A stretch of DNA of 64,000 nt from an uncultured Rhabdochlamydiaceae bacterium (GTDB lineage Bacteria; Chlamydiota; Chlamydiia; Chlamydiales; Rhabdochlamydiaceae): assembly GCA_963712275.1 (NCBI GenBank), contig CAVQHD010000001.1:96001-160000 (forward strand), read 5' to 3'. Below the pieces are notes generated by a model that had not been told where the DNA came from, searched no databases, and was given only the letters and a program-made list of their open reading frames with translations. Below are positions 1 through 8,738 of the stretch, piece after piece (position 1 is the first letter of the stretch; each line of letters begins with the position of its first letter). The translations under genes were made by a program, and so were the position numbers.

Positions 1-665
1 TTTCCTGGGAGGTTAAGTCCTTTCAGAAGAGGATCGTCTTGACACCACCAAAGGTGGTTTGAAATCTGAGATGCAAATGTTTTAAACCCTTGGATCAGGG
101 CATCGCGGCTTTTCCAAAAATCGAGATGCTCTTCTTCGATGTTCGTGATGATTGCTCCAAATCCTTGGTAGCGCAGGAAGGTTCCATCGCTCTCATCGGC
201 TTCTGCGACAAAAAAAGAGCCCTTGCCCAAGCGTCCATTGGTCGAATAGTTAAGAGCAATTCCCCCAATGGCAAACGTAGGATCGAGCTCTGCCTGATAA
301 AGCACATGGGCAAGCAGGGCTGAAGTCGATGTTTTTCCATGGGTGCCTGCGATGAGAAGCGGACGAGACCCTTTCATTAGCTCTGCTAAGAGCTCTGATC
401 GATGAAGAAGGGGAATTCCTTGAGAAACGGCAGCTTCATACTCAGGATGGTGAGGTTTGATTTCAGTTCCATAAACCACCGTCGTCGCCTTCTGCAAATA
501 GGAAGCATCATGCGAGTCAAAAACATCAGTCCCTGTTTTTTTTAAGCCTTCTGTGACGTAGCTCATGACGAGATCGGTTCCTTGAACATGCGCTCCCCGG
601 CTGCGCAAAATACGGGCCAAAGCGCTCATCCCAATTCCCCCAATTCCAATAAAATGGTATCTCAT
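1..665 (-). CDS. murC: UDP-N-acetylmuramate--L-alanine ligase, 5' part (runs off the window edge; a chlamydial MurC-Ddl fusion cannot be assessed)
   Basis: Hand translation from the ATG at 665 gives MRYHFIGIGGIGMSALARILRSRGAHVQGTD, the MurC N-terminal motif. It overlaps the murG stop codon. Confidence 0.93.
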   Translation of the reverse strand, partial: MRYHFIGIGGIGMSALARILRSRGAHVQGTDLVMSYVTEGLKKTGTDVFDSHDASYLQKATTVVYGTEIKPHHPEYEAAVSQGIPLLHRSELLAELMKGSRPLLIAGTHGKTSTSALLAHVLYQAELDPTFAIGGIALNYSTNGRLGKGSFFVAEADESDGTFLRYQGFGAIITNIEEEHLDFWKSRDALIQGFKTFASQISNHLWWCQDDPLLKGLNLPG

Positions 666-1750
666 ACTAAATCCTTAATAACCGAACTGAATTCTTTTTT
701 TTTCTCATCATTCTGGAAAGCCAAAATGGCTTGATGCATGGCGTCTCTTTGACTTGGACGGAGCATTTGAGTCAAAAGAGTTGCCAGTAACTCTACTGTG
801 AGCGTCGACTCAGGGCACGTGATAGCCCCTTTGACTTTTTCTTCAATAAACTGCGCATTTTTGGTCTGGTGGTCATCTGCTGCTTTAGGGAAAGGAATAC
901 AGATTCCAGGAACGGCATGCCGGATCAGCTCTGCTGCTGTTGCCGCCCCTGAGCGGCAGACAACCGCACTGGAGGCGCTCCAAGCAAATCTCATTTTTTC
1001 TTCAAATGATTTAACGCACGCAGGAATGCCTGCACTTGCATAGAGCTGTCTAAACTTTTCGACAGATTCTGACTTGCCTGTGATATGAATGACTTGAAAT
1101 CGGGCCGTCTCTTTGACACGCTTTGCTGCTTCAAGGAAGAGCCTGTTAATCGATTCAGAACCTTGCGAGCCGCCAAAGACAAGAAACGTAAAGGTACTGG
1201 GATCGAGGTAAAAATACTCACGGGCAACTCCCGGTTCAATGGAGGTCTCTTTAGGAGTTGGCATTTTGACTTCGACCACCTTACCTCGCAGCTCTTTTCC
1301 TGCTTCCGCAAACTGAACTGCAGAGAAAACCGTCCATCTTGAAAACAGCCGATTGACTTTACCTGGGACCGCGTTGGGTTCGAATAAAACAATGGGGATT
1401 TTTTTGAGCCTAGCTGCAAAGAGAACGGGAAATGTATAAAAACTTCCAAATCCAATCACAAGTTGAGGTTTCAGCTCTGTTAAAATTTTAATGCTTTGCA
1501 AAATGCCTTGCGCAATCTTCCAAAAAGATCGGAAAATATTGATTTTAACAATTGAACTCGCAGCGACTTCCCGATATTTGAAACGGGTTTTATGAAAATA
1601 CCGATTACTTTCAAGCCCCCCTCCAACAAAGACAACATCGTGCGTTTGTTCAATCAACTCAGAAGCCAGGGCCTCTGCTGGAAAGACATGCCCGCCGGTT
1701 CCCCCGGTAGCGATGACAATTTTACTGAGCTTGGTTCTTGGATGCGGCAT
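662..1750 (-). CDS. murG: Lipid II GlcNAc transferase MurG
   Basis: GGTGGHVFPA, GGSQGS, RSGAATAAE and DDHQTKNA motifs. The start is placed at ATG 1750 (the ORF is open to 1771). Confidence 0.96.
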   Translation of the reverse strand: MPHPRTKLSKIVIATGGTGGHVFPAEALASELIEQTHDVVFVGGGLESNRYFHKTRFKYREVAASSIVKINIFRSFWKIAQGILQSIKILTELKPQLVIGFGSFYTFPVLFAARLKKIPIVLFEPNAVPGKVNRLFSRWTVFSAVQFAEAGKELRGKVVEVKMPTPKETSIEPGVAREYFYLDPSTFTFLVFGGSQGSESINRLFLEAAKRVKETARFQVIHITGKSESVEKFRQLYASAGIPACVKSFEEKMRFAWSASSAVVCRSGAATAAELIRHAVPGICIPFPKAADDHQTKNAQFIEEKVKGAITCPESTLTVELLATLLTQMLRPSQRDAMHQAILAFQNDEKKKEFSSVIKDLV

Positions 1751-2849
1751 ATTTTTGTAGGTAAGAGACATTTAAGATAATACAAATCACCATAAAATTC
1801 GCAAGCAAAGACGATCCTCCCTGGCTAAAAAAAGGAAGGTTTGTTCCCTTGCTTGGCAAAAGGCCTGACACAACGCCTAAGTTAAGAAACGCTTGAAAGC
1901 AGAGTAAAAAAGTGAGGACCGACACTGTATAAAAGGCTGAGAGATCGTGTGCCTTGGCTGCAATCGAAAATCCAAAGTAACCAATTGCCATATATAGAAT
2001 AATCAAAAGAGAAATCCCAAGAAATCCAAATTCTTCACCAAAAATGGCTGCAATGTAATCGCTTCGCGCTTCTGGTAGGTAATCCAATTTTTGCATGCTT
2101 TCCCCTAGTCCTCGCCCAAAGACGCCTCCTGATCCAGCGGCAATTTTAGCTTGATGAGGCTGATGCCCTTTCCCCAGCAGGTCGAGCTCCGGATGAAGAT
2201 AAATCCGAATTCGATCGTGAACATGTGGCATCTTCGATGCAACGGCCCCTCCAATGGCCATGAGCACGAGTAGCGGCAAAGCCCAATAGACCCATCGTAT
2301 TTTTGCAAGCACAAAAAGAGCGATGAGTCCCATTAAAATAATGGCAACTGTTCCATTGTCGGGCTCAATTAAAATAAGCCCAATTGGAACTGAAAGTTTA
2401 AGGAGGAGCCGAATCAGAGTTTTGAAATCGACAGGCTCTGTCCGACGAGAAATGGAATGGATAAAATAGAGAGGGATCAAATATTTAACAAATTCAGAGG
2501 GCTGCAGCGAATAGCTTCCAACCCCAAGCCATCGATGGGCTCCATTGATCTGCTGTCCTAAGCCTGGAACAAACACGAGAACTAAAAGCACCGTTCCAGC
2601 CGCTAGAAAATAGCCACTCAATCGCAAAAACTGATCATACCCTAAAAACCATAATCCCACAGCAAATACCCCGCCAAGCATCGCATAGAGTATTTGCTTC
2701 AAAAGAGCATGATGAAGGCTTTTAGGCAGCAAACGGTCTAAAACCTCTGCTGAACTCGTATTAAAAACCATCGAAAGCCCCAACACTATCAAAATAATCA
2801 CAGCACTCAAAAGAAAAAAACTTGGACTTGTCCCAGTAGAGCGTGTCAT
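1722..2849 (-). CDS. ftsW: SEDS-family peptidoglycan polymerase FtsW
   Basis: INGAHRW, QPSEFVK, LPEARSDYI and LPFFSQGGSS motifs; multiple TM segments; dcw context. Confidence 0.93.
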   Translation of the reverse strand: MTRSTGTSPSFFLLSAVIILIVLGLSMVFNTSSAEVLDRLLPKSLHHALLKQILYAMLGGVFAVGLWFLGYDQFLRLSGYFLAAGTVLLVLVFVPGLGQQINGAHRWLGVGSYSLQPSEFVKYLIPLYFIHSISRRTEPVDFKTLIRLLLKLSVPIGLILIEPDNGTVAIILMGLIALFVLAKIRWVYWALPLLVLMAIGGAVASKMPHVHDRIRIYLHPELDLLGKGHQPHQAKIAAGSGGVFGRGLGESMQKLDYLPEARSDYIAAIFGEEFGFLGISLLIILYMAIGYFGFSIAAKAHDLSAFYTVSVLTFLLCFQAFLNLGVVSGLLPSKGTNLPFFSQGGSSLLANFMVICIILNVSYLQKYAASKNQAQ

Positions 2850-3517
2850 TACTTAATACGAATTTGGTCTCCAGCCTTTAAACGTTTTGCTTTTTGCTCA
2901 TCTAAATTGTTAAGTTTAAGAAGTTCTTCAACTTTCATCCGATGTTTGACAGCGATCGTCCATGGGTTATCTCCTGCTTTAACAGTATAATACTGTGAGC
3001 CCGTTGAAGAGGAGGTGGATATTGAGGCTGCAGCAGGAATTTTCAAGACCTGTCCAATTTTAAGGCGGGTTGTCGCGAGCTTATTAGCTTTCATAATATC
3101 TGTGACAGTCACATGATTTTGTCGAGCTATTCTTTCGAGCACATCTCCTTTTTTAACTGTCACTTCTTTAAGCTTAGATTCCACGACTTGAGACTCCTCC
3201 ATAGGTGAAGGGACAGAAGGAGTTCCGATGGCTTGAAGGTCAGCAAGAAAATTGGGGCTCTGATCAGAGGATGTAATAACTTGAGGAGTCACATACTGCT
3301 CAATCACTTGATCGACCTGGTTTTGAGATATCATAGGAGAAGCTATCGGAGCAGGCGGACTGGCAGCTTCTTTGACTTCAGGTTGGTTCGAGGCGAGAAT
3401 GACAGTCGCTGGTGGCCCCTCTTCCTTCTTATCAGGTTTTAAACTCGTCGCAAATAAAACAATTAAAAGCCCTGCATTCAGCAAGACTGCAATAATAATG
3501 GTATGTTTTCGGCTCAT
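2849..3517 (-). CDS. Membrane-anchored protein with two LysM domains (chlamydial NlpD-like)
   Basis: N-terminal hydrophobic anchor, two LysM repeats (VTVKKGDVLERIA, YTVKAGDNPWTIA); lies between murD and ftsW as in chlamydiae. Confidence 0.9.
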   Translation of the reverse strand: MSRKHTIIIAVLLNAGLLIVLFATSLKPDKKEEGPPATVILASNQPEVKEAASPPAPIASPMISQNQVDQVIEQYVTPQVITSSDQSPNFLADLQAIGTPSVPSPMEESQVVESKLKEVTVKKGDVLERIARQNHVTVTDIMKANKLATTRLKIGQVLKIPAAASISTSSSTGSQYYTVKAGDNPWTIAVKHRMKVEELLKLNNLDEQKAKRLKAGDQIRIK

Positions 3518-4824
3518 CTATTTCCTCCTGCTTGATAAACACAGCATTTAAAATTCTCACCTCGATCAGCGTAATTGTTAAACATGTCAAAACTGGCGCA
3601 CCCTGGGGATAGTAAAACAGCATCCCCTTGTTTTGCAACTGCCTTTGATCGGAGTACAGCCTCTTTTAAATTAGCGACAATCTCCACCTGAAATTCAGGT
3701 TTTAAATCTTGAGCAATCTTATGAGCTGCCTCGCCGATCGCAATCACATGGCGCACCTTCTCCATGAAGGAGGGTTTCCACGGGTGGTAAGCGGCTCCTT
3801 TGTCAACCCCTCCCACAATTAGAACAACCTTCCCCTTCATCGCCATCACAGCTTTGATAGTGGCATCAATATTCGTCCCTTTGCTGTCGTTGATATATTC
3901 AACACCATCGATACAAGCGACCCATTCAATCCGATGAGCCGGTTTTTTAAATGTCTCCACTGCCTGCAGGAATTGCTCAGGACGAATGTCAAAGGGCTTA
4001 CATGCAATCCACGCTGAGAGAACATTCTCACTTTCATGAGCTCCCCAATTCCTATAACAAGGTGGTAAAAACGTTTCAACCGATGAATTTCTTAGCAAGG
4101 CTACCTGATCGGTCCATAAGGTACAATCACGATTTCTTCCGTAGGTCTGATAATCTCTTTTCAATAACTCCTTAAACTGCGCAGCCACACTTTCATGAAC
4201 CCAAAAGGCGCCCCCACTCTTCATGCAATCTTGCAGACGGCATTTGGCCTCCGCATAGAGCCGCATACTCCCATATCTATCCAAGTGATCAGGCGTCACA
4301 TTCAAGATCAGCCCTACATCAAAGAGGGGCATCGAAAGCGTTTCAAGTTGATAAGAGCTCAGCTCAATGACAAAAATATCGCCAGCACGCGCCTCTTTCA
4401 CATAGGAGCAAAGGGGCACTCCGACATTTCCAAGGGCAGGAGCAGATAGCCCGGCCGCTTGAAGAATGTGAGCGACCAAAAGCGTCACCGTTGTTTTCCC
4501 ATTAGTTCCGGTAATTCCAATCGCTGCCCTGGAAAGAGCCAGGTGAGATAGCCTCTTTAACGCCAGCTCTGCTTCCCCAAGAATTGGAAGGCCTCGCTCC
4601 TCCGCCTCCTTAACCCATCGATGCACTGCCGGCACCCCTGGAGATAAAATCACCCGATCGAAGTCTGCCATCTTGACATCGAAGGCTGCCTTTTTCCCTT
4701 CGTCAAGGCACTTCTTAACAGTCTGAGGGTTGTCATCCACTCCAACCACTTCATCCCCTTCATCCACTAAGAGTTCATAGGCAGCAAGGCCGCTTTTTCC
4801 CAGACCAACAATTAAAGTTCGCAT
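3514..4824 (-). CDS. murD: UDP-MurNAc-L-Ala--D-glutamate ligase
   Basis: GLGKSG, ITGTNGKTT, ELSSYQL, NDSKGTN and LLSPGCASFD motifs. Confidence 0.96.
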   Translation of the reverse strand: MRTLIVGLGKSGLAAYELLVDEGDEVVGVDDNPQTVKKCLDEGKKAAFDVKMADFDRVILSPGVPAVHRWVKEAEERGLPILGEAELALKRLSHLALSRAAIGITGTNGKTTVTLLVAHILQAAGLSAPALGNVGVPLCSYVKEARAGDIFVIELSSYQLETLSMPLFDVGLILNVTPDHLDRYGSMRLYAEAKCRLQDCMKSGGAFWVHESVAAQFKELLKRDYQTYGRNRDCTLWTDQVALLRNSSVETFLPPCYRNWGAHESENVLSAWIACKPFDIRPEQFLQAVETFKKPAHRIEWVACIDGVEYINDSKGTNIDATIKAVMAMKGKVVLIVGGVDKGAAYHPWKPSFMEKVRHVIAIGEAAHKIAQDLKPEFQVEIVANLKEAVLRSKAVAKQGDAVLLSPGCASFDMFNNYADRGENFKCCVYQAGGNR

Positions 4825-5294
4825 AGCATTTTCCAGAGCAACTCTAAAAGCCGCCTCGTTGTCTGAAGAATGACAACTTTGCGCTCTCCCTTCATCTGAA
4901 AAGAGGCAATCTCAGGATCTCGATTTTTAAAACCAATTGCATAGTACACGGTACCAACAGGTTTTTCCACAGTTCCCCCTGAAGGCCCCGCAATACCAGA
5001 GACAGCCACCCCTACATCGGCTCCAGTTGCCTCAAGTACTCCGCGCCACATTTCATGGACCGTTTCTGCCGAAACAGCTCCATGGGTGCTCAGTGTTTTT
5101 GAAGAGACCTGGAGAAGGCGACTCTTAAGGATATTCGAATAAGCCACAACCGATCCTAGAAAATAACGGGAAGCCCCTGGAATCGCCGTCAGCGCAGCTG
5201 CAAGGGCACCTCCCGTGCAAGACTCTGCGCAAGCAAGGGTTTGATGGTGCTCAATCATCCATTTTTGGATCGCCTCCTCGATTTTTCCGCTCAT
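4812..5294 (-). CDS. cinA: CinA C-terminal domain protein / nicotinamide-nucleotide amidase (PncC-like)
   Basis: AESCTGG and SGIAGPSGG motifs. The start is placed at ATG 5294. Confidence 0.88.
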   Translation of the reverse strand: MSGKIEEAIQKWMIEHHQTLACAESCTGGALAAALTAIPGASRYFLGSVVAYSNILKSRLLQVSSKTLSTHGAVSAETVHEMWRGVLEATGADVGVAVSGIAGPSGGTVEKPVGTVYYAIGFKNRDPEIASFQMKGERKVVILQTTRRLLELLWKMLCEL

Positions 5295-5304
5295 CGATTC
5301 ATCC

Positions 5305-5994
5305 TCAATAGACATGCACAGAGATTCCTTGAGCACGCAGCTGAGGATGGGCCGCAATCCACGAGAAACACCTCTTTCCAAGTCTCATAGCTGTGGCAAT
5401 TTTACGTCCTTCCCAAATAAATGTCGTTGGAACAGAATGGGCGCGCAGCCACTTCACAAGCTTAGAAAAAAGAGCTCCATTTGGGAAAAGGGTTTCATCC
5501 GATGTTTTTTCCAAAACCCCTCGGGCTCCATCAAAGAAAATCTGCGGAAAAGAAAACTGTACCCCCCAATGAACGCTCTCAGGGCCCATCACCATCGGAT
5601 GGATTTGATGATCGATTTTCGAAGCAAAAAAATGGCCCTGTTGAACCTGGACAATAGGACGCGCTAGCTTTCCGATCCACCGACCCGACTGAACTTCATG
5701 GGCAAATAAGGCCTCCGGATCAGCCGTCATGACCGACGAAAAAATCCTTCGATCATATTTATTAATAATATTCCCCTGCTGAAGGGCTTGGACATAGGCG
5801 CCATAGGCTTCTAAAAAGGCTTCTTGAGAAATTTCAAGATCTGTAAATGGTCCAATGGAGCTGACATTATAGAAACTAAAGGGAAGCGCCGCTTTTAAGC
5901 AGGCCTCCATTTCCACCCTATCTAAAAGAACTTGATGCTTCAACCATTTTGAAACGGAAAAGCTTACTGGAAGTTTAGTTTTGAGGGAGGACAT
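5305..5994 (-). CDS. Hypothetical protein
   Basis: Long ORF within a tightly packed operon; probable ATG at 5994; no motif recognised. Confidence 0.75.
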   Translation of the reverse strand: MSSLKTKLPVSFSVSKWLKHQVLLDRVEMEACLKAALPFSFYNVSSIGPFTDLEISQEAFLEAYGAYVQALQQGNIINKYDRRIFSSVMTADPEALFAHEVQSGRWIGKLARPIVQVQQGHFFASKIDHQIHPMVMGPESVHWGVQFSFPQIFFDGARGVLEKTSDETLFPNGALFSKLVKWLRAHSVPTTFIWEGRKIATAMRLGKRCFSWIAAHPQLRAQGISVHVY

Positions 5995-6508
5995 CGGGCT
6001 TAGGAGAATCGTTTCGAGATGTTTTCCAACTTGTCCACAAAAGAGCGGCAATTCCACAAAATATTGCACTATCTGCAATATTGAAGACTGGGTAGGAATA
6101 ACCCCAGAAGATAAAATGGAACATGTCGATAACATGCCCATAAATAAAATAATCCAGAATGTTTCCAATTCCTCCAACCATGATCAACATTAAACCGTAT
6201 CTTTGCAGATATGCCTTAGCAGAGAGTCGTAGATAAATTGCAAGCCCGAGCACAATAGCGCACCGAATAAAGAGGATCGCCATTTGCCAAGACTCTCCCA
6301 GTCCCCATGCAACGCCTCGATTTGTCACGTGATGGATGCAAAAATCGACCCCTCCCTTCTGGAAAACGGCAATGCCTCCAAAAGGAAAGAAAGGAGACGC
6401 CAGTTCAAAAGGCTTAAATAAAAGATGTATGATTCCCTTCGAACTCATATCTAGAGCCAAGATTCCTAAACCGACTAAAAAAAGTTTAAACATCCCTTTC
6501 CAAGTCAC
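5975..6508 (-). CDS. lspA: Lipoprotein signal peptidase II
   Basis: NRGVAWG, GNILD, HVIDM and FNIADSAI motifs. Confidence 0.95.
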   Translation of the reverse strand: MTWKGMFKLFLVGLGILALDMSSKGIIHLLFKPFELASPFFPFGGIAVFQKGGVDFCIHHVTNRGVAWGLGESWQMAILFIRCAIVLGLAIYLRLSAKAYLQRYGLMLIMVGGIGNILDYFIYGHVIDMFHFIFWGYSYPVFNIADSAIFCGIAALLWTSWKTSRNDSPKPDVLPQN

Positions 6509-6873
6509 TGAATTAATCCTTTTTTTATCATTTCTTGGGCTTCAACTGTCATCGTAGCATAAGGGAGAGCCTTAAGCCGTGCAATGGGGATCTCTTTTTT
6601 TGTAATGTCGCAAATACCATAGGTATTTTCATTGATTTTTTCTAAGGCTCGATCAATCTGACGGAGCACCTTGTATTCTTCACCAGACACTTGAAGACTC
6701 ACATTGCGATAAAAATCATCTGTCCCTTCATCTGCTTGATGTTGGGAATACCCTTTCGATTCTTCGGGAGTTCTAACTTCTTCATTGACATGGTTAACGA
6801 TCTTTGTAAATTGGGCCCTGAGTTCAAGAAGTTGTTTATGAAACTTTTCAACTTCAGCTTTTTTGAGAGGCAT
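6505..6873 (-). CDS. dksA: DksA/TraR family protein (chlamydial type, incomplete Cys4 site)
   Basis: HQADEGTD coiled-coil tip; IDRALEKI..YGIC..IPIARLKALPYA; nrdR-dksA-lspA order. Confidence 0.88.
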   Translation of the reverse strand: MPLKKAEVEKFHKQLLELRAQFTKIVNHVNEEVRTPEESKGYSQHQADEGTDDFYRNVSLQVSGEEYKVLRQIDRALEKINENTYGICDITKKEIPIARLKALPYATMTVEAQEMIKKGLIQ

Positions 6874-7342
6874 GCTCACCATCCTTCGTTAATTCTTCCG
6901 TTGAGATATTTTGGATCTCGTCCATTAATTCATCCATATCCTTAAACCGGCGATATACGCAAGCAAAACGAATGTAGGCAATTGTATCAAGCTCTTTCAG
7001 ATGGTTCATCACAATTTCACCAAGCTCTGTCGTATCAATATCTCGAATTTGCCGCTCCATCAAATCAGCTGTAATTTGAGAGGCAAGGACAAGAACTTGA
7101 TCATGGCTGATCCGAGTATGGCGGCAAGCCGCATCTAACCCTCGAATCAACTTATCTTGTTGAAAGTCCTCATACCGCCCATCCCGCTTATGTACTTGAA
7201 TCGTCAGATCGACCGTTTCAAATGTGGTAAATCGCCGCCCGCAGCTCAAACATTCCCGCCTGCGGCGGACAGCATTTTGCTCGACTGCGTTTCGAGAGTC
7301 GGTCACCTTGAACTCAAGGTGGCTACAAAAAGGGCACCGCAT
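6854..7342 (-). CDS. nrdR: Transcriptional repressor NrdR
   Basis: MRCPFC..VTDSR..RRRRECLSCGRRFTTFE zinc ribbon, ATP cone, AYIRFACVYRRF. Confidence 0.97.
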   Translation of the reverse strand: MRCPFCSHLEFKVTDSRNAVEQNAVRRRRECLSCGRRFTTFETVDLTIQVHKRDGRYEDFQQDKLIRGLDAACRHTRISHDQVLVLASQITADLMERQIRDIDTTELGEIVMNHLKELDTIAYIRFACVYRRFKDMDELMDEIQNISTEELTKDGEHASQKS

Positions 7343-7424
7343 CTAGCTTTATCCTACTTTAAAAACCACAGCATATCCCAAAAAGAGATTAAAAATCCCT
7401 TTAAAAAAAAATTTAGCCCTTGAT

Positions 7425-7494
7425 TTATCGGCATGTTATCGGCATTCTATAAGCAAGAGCTGATGCAGATAAATTGCTGATAAAATGCCGATAA
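7425..7494. promoter_or_regulatory. Operator-like array of TTATCGGCAT/ATGCCGATAA 10-mers at 11-bp spacing upstream of the Fic gene
   Basis: TTATCGGCAT at 7425 and 7436. Inverse-orientation copies ATGCAGATAA 7463, TTGCTGATAA 7474 and ATGCCGATAA 7485; the last one contains the start codon. Confidence 0.6.
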
Positions 7495-8738
7495 AACTAA
7501 CGCCTCACTATACGATTACCCCTAAGGTAGCCAGCTGTCTCATGCGCATTGAGGCTGCCAAAGAGAAGATTGGGTATCTTCCTTTAACACCAGCCATTTT
7601 AGCCTCATTACGAGAAACAGCAAGGCTTTATACGACTCATTACTCTACCATGATTGAAGGAAACCGTCTTCAGCCTGATCAAATCGAAGAGGTTCTGAAA
7701 CATAAAGGACATTTTCCAGGGCGTGAGCGGGACGAGGGCGAGATTAAAGGGTACTATGCTGCGCTGGAGCAAGTCGAACAATGGGTCTCTAAAAATGCCC
7801 CCATCACTGAAAAAATGATTCAAATGATCCATGCCTTGGTTATGGCTGATGGGAAATTAAGGGTATACTGTGGTCGGCATGAAACGTTGAATTTGGACCG
7901 CGCCAAAACCCCGGGATTCGACGATCGTAAACGGGTCAATATTGCTAATATTGACCCGTTTACGATCGTCGAATCGCGGGAGTTTTCGCGCGGGCCCAAA
8001 TCAACGTTTCATGCCGACCGCAGTATAAAACCATCTCCTTACCGAGATGGTCAAAATGTGATTCGGGATGGCCGCACACGCCGTATTGTCTACATGCCCC
8101 CTGAAGCCAAAGATGTGCCGCGATTGATGAAAAGCCTAGTGCATTGGCTCAGTCAAAAAAGTGAAATTCCATGCCCCATTGCCGCAGCTATTGCCCACTA
8201 TCAATTTGCCACCATCCACCCTTACTATGATGGAAATGGACGAACGGCAAGGTTGCTAACAAATTTAATTTTACATTTAGATGGGTATGGTCTCAAAGGT
8301 TTATCTTCTCTTGAAGAATATTATGCACGCCATCTAGAGGCTTATTACGAAGCGCTGACAATCGGTCCATCGCATAACTACTACATGGGGCGCGCTGAAG
8401 CAGACATCACTCAATGGATCGAGTATTTCATCGAAGGGATGGCTATTTCATTCGAAAAAGTACTTAAACAAATGGATGAGGTAAAGCATCAACAGGCGCC
8501 CGATCGAACAGGCCTCATACGCCATCTAGATCCAAAGCAGCGAAAGGCCATTGAGCTCTTTCAAACTTTTGAGACCATCACAGCTCGCCAAATTGGAGAA
8601 TTATTCGGATTTAAACCTCGCACCAGCGCCCATCTATGTAAAAAATGGGTTGAGGCAAAGTTTCTTGAAATCGTCGATTTTTCCAATAAAGGGAGAAAAT
8701 ACAAGCTCTCAAAGCCGTATGAAGCGTTATTAACGTGA
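7485..8738 (+). CDS. Fic-family protein (class II-like inhibitory motif, C-terminal winged HTH) carrying a 54-aa palindrome-encoded insert
   Basis: STMIEGN inhibitory motif, HPYYDGNGRTAR Fic motif, C-terminal ITARQIGELFG..LCKKWVE helix-turn-helix. Confidence 0.92.
   Translation: MPIKLTPHYTITPKVASCLMRIEAAKEKIGYLPLTPAILASLRETARLYTTHYSTMIEGNRLQPDQIEEVLKHKGHFPGRERDEGEIKGYYAALEQVEQWVSKNAPITEKMIQMIHALVMADGKLRVYCGRHETLNLDRAKTPGFDDRKRVNIANIDPFTIVESREFSRGPKSTFHADRSIKPSPYRDGQNVIRDGRTRRIVYMPPEAKDVPRLMKSLVHWLSQKSEIPCPIAAAIAHYQFATIHPYYDGNGRTARLLTNLILHLDGYGLKGLSSLEEYYARHLEAYYEALTIGPSHNYYMGRAEADITQWIEYFIEGMAISFEKVLKQMDEVKHQQAPDRTGLIRHLDPKQRKAIELFQTFETITARQIGELFGFKPRTSAHLCKKWVEAKFLEIVDFSNKGRKYKLSKPYEALLT
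7866..8025. mobile_element. 160-bp palindromic MITE-like element (family B) inserted in frame in the Fic gene, flanked by TA/TA
   Basis: Near-perfect inverted repeat TACTGTGGTCGGCATGAAACGTTGA...TCAACGTTTCATGCCGACCGCAGTA. TA at 7864-7865 and 8026-8027. Removing 162 bp restores KLRVKPSPYRDGQNVI. Confidence 0.9.
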
